Origin: Myxococcota bacterium
GTDB lineage: Bacteria > Myxococcota_A > UBA796 > SXON01
NCBI GenBank assembly: GCA_040386535.1
Contig: JAZKFH010000037.1
Coordinates: 91,729-155,728 of the forward strand
Direction: 5' to 3'
Length of the DNA stretch: 64,000 nucleotides
Part shown: piece after piece, positions 36,552 to 46,769 of the stretch
Position numbering within the stretch: the first letter of the stretch is position 1
Layout of the letters: every line of letters begins with the position of its first letter
The notes under the pieces: generated by a model
Databases searched by the model: none
Seen by the model: the letters and a program-made list of their open reading frames with translations, nothing else
Told to the model about the DNA's origin: nothing
Made by a program: the position numbers and the translations under genes

Positions 36552-39500
36552 ATGTCCCGTTCGAGCTCCCTCCTCGCGGTCTTCGGCCCGTCCACGCTCC
36601 TGGCCCTCGCGGCGTGCGGGGCCGTCTCGGCTCCCGAGATCGACTCGGCCGCTCCGGACTCGGCCGCTCCGGACTCGGCGCTGATCGCCGCCGACTCTGC
36701 CGATTCCGCCGACTCGGGCCTCGTCATCGGGGCGTCGGACACGCGGCATGCGGTGGTGCTCGGCACCGGGGCCGACGCGGATGCCGACGGCTACGCGACC
36801 AGCCTCGACTGTGACGATGCCGATGCCACCGCGTTCCCCGGCGCCGTCGAAGCGGATGACCTCGCGGATGACGATTGTGACGGCTGGGTCGACGAGGACT
36901 TCGTCGCCGCGGGCGACGTGATCGTGTCCGAGGTGAACCGCCAGGCCCGCTTCGGCGGCGCGGTCATCGTGAACGACGGCTCGTGGGTCGAGGTGTACAA
37001 CACGTCCGACCGCACGGTCGACCTCGCGAATTGGGTGTTCTCCCGCGGTGGCAGCGCCCCGTACAACCAGGTCACGCTCGACGCCGCGTCGGCCCCGCTG
37101 CTCGCCCCGGGCGACTACGCGGTGTTCTGTGACACCGACAACTACCAGGGCTCGGTGGCCGCGTTCCCGCTCACCTGCGACTACGTGTGGGGCGACGAGA
37201 CCAAGGCCGCGACCTACGTCGGCACCAACCACGACAACACGTTCCTCCTCCGCCGGGACGCCGACACCGTGGCCCTCTACGTCGGCGGCAGCCGCACGAC
37301 CGGCACGTTGGTGGACTCCGTCCGTTGGACCTACGACGCGGTGAACGGCTACTGGCCGCGCGACGCGAGCTACTCGCTGAGCCTCGACAACGGCTACTTC
37401 GACAGCGCGGAGAACGACAGCAAGGACGTGTGGTGCTCGACCTCGAGCAACGCCGCCGGCGTCGTCTCCGCGAGCACGAGCTGGCGCTGGTACGACAACC
37501 TGTCGAGCACGCGTGACGAGCACGGCACCCCGGGCGCCGCCAACTACACCTGCCAGAACCTGCCCGACCGCGACGGGGACGGCTACACCGGCGTCGACGA
37601 CTGCGACGACTCCGACGCGAGCATCAACCCGCTGGCCGCCGAGGACTGCGACGGCGTCGATCAGGACTGCGACGGCTTCGTGGACGACGGCGCGCCCGGC
37701 AGCTCCGACTGGTACGCCGATCTCGACGGTGACACGTACGGCGATCCCGACGGCCTCGTGAGCACCTGCGCGACCCCCGCCGGGTACGTGCTCGACAGCA
37801 GCGACTGCGACGACACGGACGCCACCATCTCGCCCGACGGGGTCGAGGTCTGTGACGACCAGGACAACGACTGCAACGGCTCCGTGGACGACGGCGATCT
37901 TGCCGGCAGCAACGTGTTCTACGCCGATGCCGACGGTGACTCCTACGGGGACCCCGACAGCACCACCACCAGCTGCCTCGCGCCGGACGGCTACTCGAGC
38001 GACGACGCGGATTGTGACGACGCGGACGCGACCGTCTCGCCCGACGGGATCGAGGCCGACGATCTGGCCGACAACGACTGTGACGACTGGGTCGACGAGG
38101 ACTTCGTCGCCGTGGGTGACCTCGTCTTCACCGAGATCAGCCGCCAGTCCCGCTTCGGCGCCGCGGTCATCAACAATGACGGCTCGTACCTCGAGGTCTA
38201 CAACACCTCGTCCCGCACTGTCGACCTCTCGAACTGGACCCTCGCGCGCGGCACCTCGACCTCCGGCCAGCAAATCGCGCTCGACCCCGCGGCCGCCCCC
38301 GTGCTCGCCCCCGGCGAATACGCGGTGTTCTGCGACACCGACAACTACCAGGCCTCGGCGACCGCCGCCTGGCCGATGGCGTGCGACTACGTCTGGGGGG
38401 ACGAGGCCCAGCCGAGCACCTACCAGGGCACGTACCACAACAACGTGTTCTTCTTGCGTCGCGACGCTGACACGGTCGGGCTCTACGTGGCGGGCAACCG
38501 CACGACCGGCACGAAGGTCGACTCCGTGGCCTACGCGTACGACGCGACCGGCGGCTACTGGCCCCGCGTCGCGGGCTTCTCCATGAGCCTCGACCACGCC
38601 TATGTCGACGCCACGCTGAACGACGTGAGCACCGCGTGGTGCAACACCGCGTCGAGCGCGACCGGGTCGGTGGCGAACAACACGGCGTGGCGTTGGTACG
38701 ACAACCTCACCACCGCGAACGACGAGCACGGCACCCCCGGCTCGGCCAACTACGACTGCCTGAATGACCCCGATCTCGACGGCGACGGCGTCACCGGCGC
38801 CACCGACTGCGACGAGACCGATGCGTCGGTGTACCCGGGCGCCCCGGAGACCTGCAACGACCTCGACGACGACTGTGACGGCACGGTCGACGAGGACGCG
38901 GTGGACGAGCCGCTCTGGTACGCGGACGCCGACGGCGACGAGTTCGGCGACCCCCTCGTGGTCGACCTCGCCTGCGACCAGCCCACCGCCTACGTCGCGG
39001 ACGACTCGGACTGCGACGACACGAGCGCCGCGACCAACCCCGGCGCCGACGAGCTCTGCAACGACCTGGACGACGACTGTGACGCCTCGGTCGACGAGTC
39101 CGCGGTCGACGCCCCGACCTGGTACGCGGACCTCGACGCCGACGCCTACGGCGCCGACGCCGACACGTCCGTGACGTGTGACCAGCCCGACGGCTACCTC
39201 GCCGAGGGCGGTGACTGTGACGACGCCGACGCCGCCATCAACCCCGGCGCCACCGAGGCGTGTGACGGCGTGGACGAAGATTGTGACGGCACCGCCGACA
39301 ACGGCGCGCCCGGCTCCGACACGTTCTACGCGGACGCCGACGGGGACATGTACGGTGACCCGGCGAGCGCCTCCCTCTCGTGCGTGGCGCCCCCCGGCTA
39401 CGTCGCCGACGCGACCGACTGTGACGACGCGAGCGCCACCACCAACCCCGGCGCGGCCGAGGTTTGTGACGACGGCGCCGACAACGACTGCGATCCCGAC

Positions 39501-40886
39501 CCGACCAGCTGCGAGTGGTCCGGCAGCCGCGGCGTGAAGGACGAGTACGACTTCCGCGGGTACGGCACGGCGGCGAGCTACGCGGTCGGGCACTCCGTCG
39601 CGAACAACGGCGACTTCAACGGGGACGGCCTGGACGACGTGGTGGTGGGGCAGGCCTACCACGACGACGGCGCGACGGTCGACGTGGGCCGCTTCTACAT
39701 GTGGTACGGCGGTGCGGTCGACACGGCCGACACCATCGACACCGCCGACCTCGCGGTGCGCGGCGACAACACCATCGCGTCCGACCAGTTCGGCTGGGCC
39801 ACCCGCTTCGCCGGCGACGTGGACGGGGACGGCCGGGACGACCTTCTCTCCTCCGCCTGGCTCGCCGAGTCCACCAACCGCGGCCGCGCCTACCTGTTCC
39901 TCGGCGGCACCTCGCCCACCAGCGCGTCCGACGCCTTCGCCTCCTTCGGGTCGACCGGCACGAACAACTTCGCCGGCACCGCGGTGGACGGCGGCGACAT
40001 CGACGGTGACGGCCTCGCCGACGTGATGGTGACGGCGTACGGCCGCGCCAGCTCGGCGGGCGCGGTGGCGGTGTGGAACGCCTCCGCCATCGGCGGCGGG
40101 CTGGAGATCATCGCCACCGACGCGACGGTGTTCATCACCGGCGCGACCGCCGGGGACTACCTCGGCTACTCCGGCGCGATGTCTCCCGACCTCGACGGTG
40201 ACGGCCTCGCCGACCTCATCCTCGGCGCCCCCGCCGCGGGCGCGGTCACGACGCCGGGCAAGGCGTTCGTGTTCTACGGGGTCGACACGATGTCGGGCGT
40301 GGTGAGCGCCTCCACGGCGGACGCGATCCTCACCGGCGCCGTGGCCGGCGACAGGTTCGGCCTGTCCGTCGCGAGCCTGGGCGACACCGACGGGGACGGC
40401 AACGCCGACTTCGCCGTGTCCGCCGACAAGGAGGACACCGCCGGCGCCGACGCGGGCGCGGTGTACCTCTACACCAGCGCCCCGACCGGGGCGACGAGCG
40501 CCACGTCCGCCGCCTCCTCCACCCTCACGGGCGAGATCGCGGGAGACTTCTTCGGTCGCTCGGTGGCCGGCCTGGGTGACACGAACGGGGACGGCTACGC
40601 CGACCTCTCCGTGGGCGCCACCGGGTACGACGTGGGCTCCCTGTCGGGCGCGGGCGCGATGTACGTGATGTATGGGCCGGTGGCCGCAGGCAGCTCCTCC
40701 GCCACGGCCTATGACGCGCGCTTCCTCGGCGCGAACACCGCCGATGCCGTGGGCTACGCGGTCAGCGGCGGCGGCGACGTGGACGGAGACGGCTACGCCG
40801 ACTTCCTCACCAGCGCCCCGAGCTGGGACTCGTTCGGCTTCCTCAACGCCGGCGGCTCCTGGCTCTTCTACGGCCGCGGTGAGTAA
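36552..40886 (+). CDS. Giant (1444 aa) lipoprotein: duplicated lamin-tail-like modules, DCDD repeats, FG-GAP propeller
   Basis: LALAAC lipobox, two SEVNR/TEISR...GTPG modules, about 8 DCDD units, about 7 FG-GAP repeats. Confidence 0.9.
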   Translation: MSRSSSLLAVFGPSTLLALAACGAVSAPEIDSAAPDSAAPDSALIAADSADSADSGLVIGASDTRHAVVLGTGADADADGYATSLDCDDADATAFPGAVEADDLADDDCDGWVDEDFVAAGDVIVSEVNRQARFGGAVIVNDGSWVEVYNTSDRTVDLANWVFSRGGSAPYNQVTLDAASAPLLAPGDYAVFCDTDNYQGSVAAFPLTCDYVWGDETKAATYVGTNHDNTFLLRRDADTVALYVGGSRTTGTLVDSVRWTYDAVNGYWPRDASYSLSLDNGYFDSAENDSKDVWCSTSSNAAGVVSASTSWRWYDNLSSTRDEHGTPGAANYTCQNLPDRDGDGYTGVDDCDDSDASINPLAAEDCDGVDQDCDGFVDDGAPGSSDWYADLDGDTYGDPDGLVSTCATPAGYVLDSSDCDDTDATISPDGVEVCDDQDNDCNGSVDDGDLAGSNVFYADADGDSYGDPDSTTTSCLAPDGYSSDDADCDDADATVSPDGIEADDLADNDCDDWVDEDFVAVGDLVFTEISRQSRFGAAVINNDGSYLEVYNTSSRTVDLSNWTLARGTSTSGQQIALDPAAAPVLAPGEYAVFCDTDNYQASATAAWPMACDYVWGDEAQPSTYQGTYHNNVFFLRRDADTVGLYVAGNRTTGTKVDSVAYAYDATGGYWPRVAGFSMSLDHAYVDATLNDVSTAWCNTASSATGSVANNTAWRWYDNLTTANDEHGTPGSANYDCLNDPDLDGDGVTGATDCDETDASVYPGAPETCNDLDDDCDGTVDEDAVDEPLWYADADGDEFGDPLVVDLACDQPTAYVADDSDCDDTSAATNPGADELCNDLDDDCDASVDESAVDAPTWYADLDADAYGADADTSVTCDQPDGYLAEGGDCDDADAAINPGATEACDGVDEDCDGTADNGAPGSDTFYADADGDMYGDPASASLSCVAPPGYVADATDCDDASATTNPGAAEVCDDGADNDCDPDPTSCEWSGSRGVKDEYDFRGYGTAASYAVGHSVANNGDFNGDGLDDVVVGQAYHDDGATVDVGRFYMWYGGAVDTADTIDTADLAVRGDNTIASDQFGWATRFAGDVDGDGRDDLLSSAWLAESTNRGRAYLFLGGTSPTSASDAFASFGSTGTNNFAGTAVDGGDIDGDGLADVMVTAYGRASSAGAVAVWNASAIGGGLEIIATDATVFITGATAGDYLGYSGAMSPDLDGDGLADLILGAPAAGAVTTPGKAFVFYGVDTMSGVVSASTADAILTGAVAGDRFGLSVASLGDTDGDGNADFAVSADKEDTAGADAGAVYLYTSAPTGATSATSAASSTLTGEIAGDFFGRSVAGLGDTNGDGYADLSVGATGYDVGSLSGAGAMYVMYGPVAAGSSSATAYDARFLGANTADAVGYAVSGGGDVDGDGYADFLTSAPSWDSFGFLNAGGSWLFYGRGE

Positions 40887-40981
40887 CCGAGCGTAGCGGT
40901 TGGAAACGTTCGGGCGGGACGTGTCGTGCCGCCCGGACGCCTGCGCGAGCGCGTGGCTACGTTCTCCGGCGAGGTGTACGC

Positions 40982-41812
40982 ATGCGCAGGACAATCGTAG
41001 CAGCGCTCGCGCTGACCGTGGGCGTTGCGGGCTCGGTGGCCTTGGGTCCCGCGTGTAGCCAGCGCCAACGCTCCAAGATCGAGGGCCAGATCGCGAACGC
41101 CGTGGTGTCCGACGAGACGGAGCGCGAGCTCGGCCGGCAGGTGCACCAGGAGCTGGAGAAGCAGGGGGTCCGCTACGTGCAGGATCCGGTCGTGACCCGG
41201 TACGTCGAGGGCATCGTGACGCGGCTCGCCAAAGAGGTGAAGCGCGAGGGCGCCGCGGACGATCTCAAGGTCTTCGTCATCGACGATCCGAAGACGGTGA
41301 ACGCGTTCGCCACGCCGGGCGGGCGCCTGTACGTCTTCACGGGGCTGCTGCTCACCGCCGAGGACGAGGCGGAGGTTGCCGGCGTTCTCGGCCACGAGAT
41401 CGGTCACATCGTGGCCAGCCATCCATCCAAGCGCATCGCCCTCGCGATGGGGTTCGAGACGCTCGCCAGCCTCGCCCTCGGCCAGGATCCCGGGCAGCTC
41501 CAGGAGCTCGCGGCCTCGCTGCTCGGGGGCGGCGTGCTCGCGGCCCACGGGCGCGGCGAGGAGAACGAGGCCGACGAGCTCGGCCTCGGGTACCTGCATC
41601 GCGCCGGCTTCGATCCGCGCGGCATGGTGCGGTTCTTCAAGCGGATCCGGGAGGCGTCGGGGGACACGCCGAAGGCGCTGGTCTGGCTCTCGTCCCACCC
41701 GACCACGACCTCGCGCATCGACAACGTGCGCGAGACGATCAAGTCGCGCGGGTGGGAAGGCGGGGAGGAGGGCGTGGAGACCCACGCGGCCATCCGGGCG
41801 GCGCTGCGCTGA
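40982..41812 (+). CDS. M48 family metallopeptidase lipoprotein
   Basis: VNAFATPGG, HEIGH, ENEADELG, WLSSHP. Confidence 0.92.
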   Translation: MRRTIVAALALTVGVAGSVALGPACSQRQRSKIEGQIANAVVSDETERELGRQVHQELEKQGVRYVQDPVVTRYVEGIVTRLAKEVKREGAADDLKVFVIDDPKTVNAFATPGGRLYVFTGLLLTAEDEAEVAGVLGHEIGHIVASHPSKRIALAMGFETLASLALGQDPGQLQELAASLLGGGVLAAHGRGEENEADELGLGYLHRAGFDPRGMVRFFKRIREASGDTPKALVWLSSHPTTTSRIDNVRETIKSRGWEGGEEGVETHAAIRAALR

Positions 41813-41867
41813 CGGGCGAGAGAAGCGACCAGCGGGGTGCCTACCCTTGGGGGAGAGGAGAACCCGC

Positions 41868-42311
41868 ATGGAACGGAACGAAGTCGTCGCCCTGCTCAAC
41901 GAGCTCATCCACCTCGACATCGACGCGGTGCGCGCCTACGGGCAGGCCATCGACAACATCCGGGACACCGCGGTCCGGCAGACGCTCACGGGTTTTCGGG
42001 CGGACCACGAGCGGCACGTGACCGAACTGTCGGCGTTGGTGCGGAACTACGGCGGCGAGCCCGCGCATCGCCCCGATCTGAAGGGGGTGCTGCTCGAAGG
42101 GATGACGGCGATCCGCTCCGCCATGGGCGAGGGGCCGGCCCTGCGCGCCATGCGGGACAACGAGCGGTTCACCAACCGCCGCTATGTCAAGGCGCTCGAG
42201 ACGCCGGGGCTCCCCGACGAGGTCCGGAACCTGATCGCGAGCAACCGCGAGGACGAGCGGCGCCATCTCGCCTGGATCGAGGCCCGCGTCGCCCAACAGG
42301 CGCCGGTCTGA
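41868..42311 (+). CDS. Ferritin-like (DUF2383/PA2169-type) protein
   Basis: GAGGAG SD. LNELIHLDIDAVRAY, DHERHV, EDERRH. Confidence 0.85.
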   Translation: MERNEVVALLNELIHLDIDAVRAYGQAIDNIRDTAVRQTLTGFRADHERHVTELSALVRNYGGEPAHRPDLKGVLLEGMTAIRSAMGEGPALRAMRDNERFTNRRYVKALETPGLPDEVRNLIASNREDERRHLAWIEARVAQQAPV

Positions 42312-42363
42312 CACGAGGACGGGGGACGGGGCGCAGGATCGGCGTCCCTCGTTATGCTGCCGT

Positions 42364-43527
42364 ATGTCCGACGAAGGTCCTCCCGAGCCCAAGCTCCCCG
42401 CTGACCGGTACGAGGATCGCGGGGCGTTTGCCCAGGGTGGCACCGCCGCGGTGCACCTCACCGTAGACCGCGTGCTCGGCCGGCCGGTCGCGACGAAGAT
42501 CGCCAAGTCGGTCGACCCCGTGCAGCTCGCGCGCTTTCGGCGGGAGGCGTGCATCACGGCGCAGCTCGAGCACCCCAACATCGTGCCCGTGCACGACCTG
42601 GGCGACACGTGGTTCACGATGAAGCGGGTCGAGGGCGCCACGCTCTCGGCGCTCGTGCGCGGGGAGCCCTATGGCGTCGTGATGCTCGGCAAGGTGCTCG
42701 ACATCCTGCTCAAGGTCTGCGACGCGCTGGCCTTCGCCCACGATCGCCGCGTGGTGCACCGCGATCTGAAGCCCGAGAACGTGATGGTCGGGCGGTTCGG
42801 GCAGGTGTACCTGATGGATTGGGGCATCGCCCAGGTGGATGGTGTGTCGGATGCGCCCTACGCGGGCACGACCGCCTGGGTGGCGCCCGAGCAGGCGCGC
42901 GGCGAGACGTGTGACGGGCGTACCGATGTGTGGGGCGTGGGTGGGCTGCTCTACTACGCCTTGTGCGGCGCGCGGCCAAACCAGGGGCCGACCCCCGAGG
43001 AGCGCGTCGCCAACGCGCGCGCGGGCCGCCAACCGCTGGCCCCCACGATCATGGCGCCGTCGCGCAACTTGCCCTACGAGCTGGTTCGCATCGCGATGAA
43101 GGCCCTCCAGCCGACCCCCGCGGACCGGTACCCCGACATCACGGCGATGATGGCGGACCTGCGCGCCGTGCACGGCGGCGGCTGGTGGTTCGAGCTGCGG
43201 GTCTTCGCGGCGGGGAGCGAGATCGTCCGCGAGGGGGATGAGGCCGACACCGCCTACATCCTCGTGCAGGGCCGCTGCGAGGTGTGCCAGAACGGAGGGC
43301 CGATCGCCGAGCTCGGCCCGGGCGAGGTGTTCGGCGAGGCCGGGCTGCTCGTGGGCGGGCCCCGCGTCGCGTCCGTCGTCGCGCTGACCGAGGTGGTGAC
43401 CCGGGTCATCACGCGGGAGGCCCTGGAGGCCGAGCTCGGTCGGGATCGCTGGATGGGCGCCCTGGTGCGCGGGCTCGCCCGTCGTTTCCACGACTTGTCT
43501 ACGGAGAACCTGGAGCGTCGCTTCTAG
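42364..43527 (+). CDS. Ser/Thr protein kinase with a C-terminal cyclic-nucleotide-binding domain
   Basis: HPNIV, HRDLKPEN, DWG, APEQ. CNB motifs IVREGD, GEVFGE and PRVASV. Confidence 0.9.
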   Translation: MSDEGPPEPKLPADRYEDRGAFAQGGTAAVHLTVDRVLGRPVATKIAKSVDPVQLARFRREACITAQLEHPNIVPVHDLGDTWFTMKRVEGATLSALVRGEPYGVVMLGKVLDILLKVCDALAFAHDRRVVHRDLKPENVMVGRFGQVYLMDWGIAQVDGVSDAPYAGTTAWVAPEQARGETCDGRTDVWGVGGLLYYALCGARPNQGPTPEERVANARAGRQPLAPTIMAPSRNLPYELVRIAMKALQPTPADRYPDITAMMADLRAVHGGGWWFELRVFAAGSEIVREGDEADTAYILVQGRCEVCQNGGPIAELGPGEVFGEAGLLVGGPRVASVVALTEVVTRVITREALEAELGRDRWMGALVRGLARRFHDLSTENLERRF

Positions 43528-43534
43528 CGGGCGG

Positions 43535-45376
43535 ATGGCGGATGTCGCCACCCGTTCGCGTGTACAGAATCCAGAGATGGCCGTGCGCTCCATGCCCGAG
43601 ACGACCGCGAGAGGGGAGGTGCTGGCCGACCTCGCCACGGCCTTTGCGGAGGCGGTGACCGACGAGCAGAAGCTGCTCCAGTTGGTCGTCGAGCGGGTGT
43701 GCGCCCTGACAGGTGATGCCTGTGTGATCCGCCTGCTCGACGAGAACGGGGTCTTCCGCTCCGTGGCCCAGCACCACGCCGACCCCAAGCTGCTCCAACG
43801 TGTGCGGATGGTGTCCCAGGCGACCCAACCCAACCCCTGCCTGGGCGTGTGGCACACCCTGCTCACCGAACGTCGCCTGGTACGGCTGGTGGTGGCGCCC
43901 GACCGCCTGCCACCTGGGCTGACACCCGAGCAACGCGCGTTGTTCGAGCACACGCCGGTCACCCACTTTCTCGGGGTGCCCCTCGTCGCGCGGGGGCGCG
44001 TGATCGGCGGGGTGCTGGTCGTCCGCTGCGCGCGCCCCGAGCCTCACGCCGACGAAGACGTGGCGCTCCTGCGGGACCTCGCCGAGCGCGCCGCGCTCGC
44101 GATCGACAACGCCCGCCTCTACACCGCGGAGCGGAACGCCCGCACCCGCGCCGAGGACGCCGAGGACGCCCTCCGGGCCGAGCTCGCCGAGCGCCTGCGC
44201 GCGGAGGAGCAGCGGCGGGAGAGCGACGAGCGGCTCCACCTGCTCGTACAATCGGTGGTGGACTACGCGATCTTCCTCCTCGATCAGGAGGGGCGGATCG
44301 CCTCCTGGAACGCCGGCGCGCAGCGCATCTACGGGTGGGCGGAGGCGGACGTGCTCCACCGGCACGTCACGTTCCTGCTCCCCAAGACGCGGACCGCGAC
44401 CTCGGTGGACGAGGTGCTCGACGCCGCGAAGACCGCCGGGCGCGCGGAGATCGAGGGCTGGGGGGCGCGCAGCGACACGAGCCGGTTCTGGGCCAACACC
44501 GTGGTGAGCGCCATCCGCTCGAACGGGTCGCGCCTGCTCGGCTTCGCGGTCATCACGCGGGATCTGACGGCGAGCCGGGAGACCGAAGCGGTGCAGAACA
44601 TGAATTCGCTGCTCGAGGCCCGCACGCGGGAGCTCGCCGCGGCGAACGAGGAGCTCGAGGCCTTCTCCTACAGCGTCTCGCACGATCTGCGTGCGCCGCT
44701 CCGCGCGATCGACGGCTTCAGCCAGGCCCTGCTGTCGGACTACGCCGATGTGCTCGACGAGACCGGGGCGAGCCACCTCCGTCGCGTGCGTGTCGGCGTG
44801 AGCCGCATGCGCCAGCTCATCGACGACATGCTCCAGCTGTCCCGCAGCACGCGCATCGCGCTCGAGCCGGCGCCGATCGACCTGGCGCGGATCGCCGCCG
44901 ACGTCGCGGCGGAGCTGCGGGCGCGGGACCCGGAGCGGGCCGTGCAGGTGGAGATCCCGGAGAACCTGCACGTCCACGGTGACCCGCGCATGCTGCGCAT
45001 CGTGATGGAGAACCTGCTCGGCAATGCCTGGAAGTTCACGCGGAACCAGCCCGCCGCGCGGATCGTGGTGTCGGGCGTCACGCGCCCGGACGAGGTCGTG
45101 GTCACCGTCGCGGACAACGGCGCCGGCTTCGACATGACCTACGCGCGGCGCCTGTTCCAGCCGTTCCAGCGCCTGCACAGCGCCGAGGAGTTCGAGGGCA
45201 CCGGGATCGGCCTCGCCATCGTGCGCCGGATCGTGCATCGGCATGGCGGACGGGTCTGGGCCGAGGGCAAACCGGACAGCGGCGCCTCCTTCCATTTCTC
45301 CCTGCCCGTGCGGGAGGTGTCCGAGCAGGCGACCGCGGGGACCCCCGCTACGATCCCCACCAAGACGACGTCGTAG
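43535..45376 (+). CDS. GAF-PAS sensor histidine kinase
   Basis: GAF ending ALAIDNARLY, PAS (DYAIFLLD...WNAGA), H-box SHDLRAPL, NAWKF, DNGAGF, GTGIGL. The start could be 43577 or 43592. Confidence 0.92.
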   Translation: MADVATRSRVQNPEMAVRSMPETTARGEVLADLATAFAEAVTDEQKLLQLVVERVCALTGDACVIRLLDENGVFRSVAQHHADPKLLQRVRMVSQATQPNPCLGVWHTLLTERRLVRLVVAPDRLPPGLTPEQRALFEHTPVTHFLGVPLVARGRVIGGVLVVRCARPEPHADEDVALLRDLAERAALAIDNARLYTAERNARTRAEDAEDALRAELAERLRAEEQRRESDERLHLLVQSVVDYAIFLLDQEGRIASWNAGAQRIYGWAEADVLHRHVTFLLPKTRTATSVDEVLDAAKTAGRAEIEGWGARSDTSRFWANTVVSAIRSNGSRLLGFAVITRDLTASRETEAVQNMNSLLEARTRELAAANEELEAFSYSVSHDLRAPLRAIDGFSQALLSDYADVLDETGASHLRRVRVGVSRMRQLIDDMLQLSRSTRIALEPAPIDLARIAADVAAELRARDPERAVQVEIPENLHVHGDPRMLRIVMENLLGNAWKFTRNQPAARIVVSGVTRPDEVVVTVADNGAGFDMTYARRLFQPFQRLHSAEEFEGTGIGLAIVRRIVHRHGGRVWAEGKPDSGASFHFSLPVREVSEQATAGTPATIPTKTTS

Positions 45377-45406
45377 GGGAATACCAGGGCCCTGTCCAGG
45401 CGTTCG

Positions 45407-46645
45407 GTGCGCGTGCTCACCCTCCTGCTCCTCGCCCACGCCCACGCCGCCGAGGTCGGCGGTTACTTCCGCCTCGCGGCGCGCCCCGATCTCGTGGGGG
45501 GCGCCGGGCGCCTGGGCACGTCCCCGATGTACGGGCGCCTGCTCAACGAGGGGCCGTGGGCCCTGCTCGATCTGCGGCAATCGCTCGTGGAGGGCGCCGC
45601 CGGAGAGCCCTGGGGCGCGCTCAGCCTGCGTGTCGAGGGCGGGTCCGTGGGCGCCGGCGACCCGACGAATGGCAGCCTGCTCGGCTTCCGCATCACGCAG
45701 CTGTACATGACCGCCGGGAACGTGGGGGTGCCCGACGTGACGTTCCGGGTCGGCACCCTCGAGACGACGTTCGGTGATCTCTGGCTGTTCGACGCGCGCC
45801 CCACGCAAATGCTCGTCGACGTGCTCGGCGCCTCCGCGACGTGGGCCCGCGGCGGCTCCGAGGTGATGGTGGGCCTCGGCGACGCGGGCTGGTCGCTCCA
45901 CGGCGCGCGCTACCACGTGGTCGGGAGCGCGGGCGGATCGATCCGGCACCGCGGCGATCACGGCGAGATCGGCATCGGCGGACAGGCGTGGTTCGAGCCC
46001 GCGGACGGGGCCGCCGACGGCGCGCAGGAAGAGGCCCACGCCTGGAAGGTCGCGGGGACGGTGGGCTTCGGCGATCTCGGCCCGGTCCGATGGAACCGCT
46101 TCCAGGTCATCCTGCTCCGCCGGCTCCCCGACGAGCCGCGGGTGGAGGTGGTGGACGGCGAGGAGGTGCGCATCGGCGTGGCCCGCGAGACCGACCAGCG
46201 CCACGAGCTGCTGGTGGGCGACGAGGTAGAGCTGGACGTGGTGCCCGACCACCTGGAGATCGCCGCCGCCGTGCTGTTCGAGCACCGCTTCGATCCCGAC
46301 GGGGACCGCCCCGAGAGCCCGACCAACCGCACGTCGATCTCCGGGGTGCTCCGGGCGCAGGTGGCGCTCACGCCCCTGTTCTCCCTGCTCGGCGAGACCA
46401 GCCTCGCGCGCGAGGTCATGCGTGGCGCCGCCGGGGACGCCTCGCCGCGCAAGGACACGTGGCAGGGCAAGGCGGGCCTGGTGCTCTCTCCCGCGGGCCC
46501 CGGCCTCGGCGACCGCCCTGCGTTGCGCGCGCTGTACGGGGCGCAACACTGTTCGCTCCCGAACGCATGGCCGGGCGCCCCGGCGGAGGGCGGGGACGCG
46601 CGCTGGCACCACCTGGTCTCGCTCGAGGCCGAAGCATGGTTCTGA
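45407..46645 (+). CDS. LamB/carbohydrate-porin-like outer-membrane beta-barrel
   Basis: Signal peptide. GGYFR...YGRLLNE resembles LamB YRLGNE. C-terminal EAEAWF. Confidence 0.65.
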   Translation: MRVLTLLLLAHAHAAEVGGYFRLAARPDLVGGAGRLGTSPMYGRLLNEGPWALLDLRQSLVEGAAGEPWGALSLRVEGGSVGAGDPTNGSLLGFRITQLYMTAGNVGVPDVTFRVGTLETTFGDLWLFDARPTQMLVDVLGASATWARGGSEVMVGLGDAGWSLHGARYHVVGSAGGSIRHRGDHGEIGIGGQAWFEPADGAADGAQEEAHAWKVAGTVGFGDLGPVRWNRFQVILLRRLPDEPRVEVVDGEEVRIGVARETDQRHELLVGDEVELDVVPDHLEIAAAVLFEHRFDPDGDRPESPTNRTSISGVLRAQVALTPLFSLLGETSLAREVMRGAAGDASPRKDTWQGKAGLVLSPAGPGLGDRPALRALYGAQHCSLPNAWPGAPAEGGDARWHHLVSLEAEAWF

Positions 46646-46769
46646 TCGTCACGATCGGTGCGTAAATGTCGTGGCCGGTCGGGCCCGAGGTGTGAAAGGA
46701 TGACGCCGGCCGCGCGCTTTGACGCGTGGCACCGGACTTGCTTTCCACGCTGGCGCCCCCGGAGCCCCC

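Noticed and set aside
36339..40994. 1551-aa antisense ORF, and similar long ORFs such as 19257..22211, 43499..46612, 16985..19357 and 3003..4439
   Set aside because: These are shadow ORFs opposite well-supported genes. High GC3 suppresses stops in the antisense frame, and they contain no recognisable motifs.
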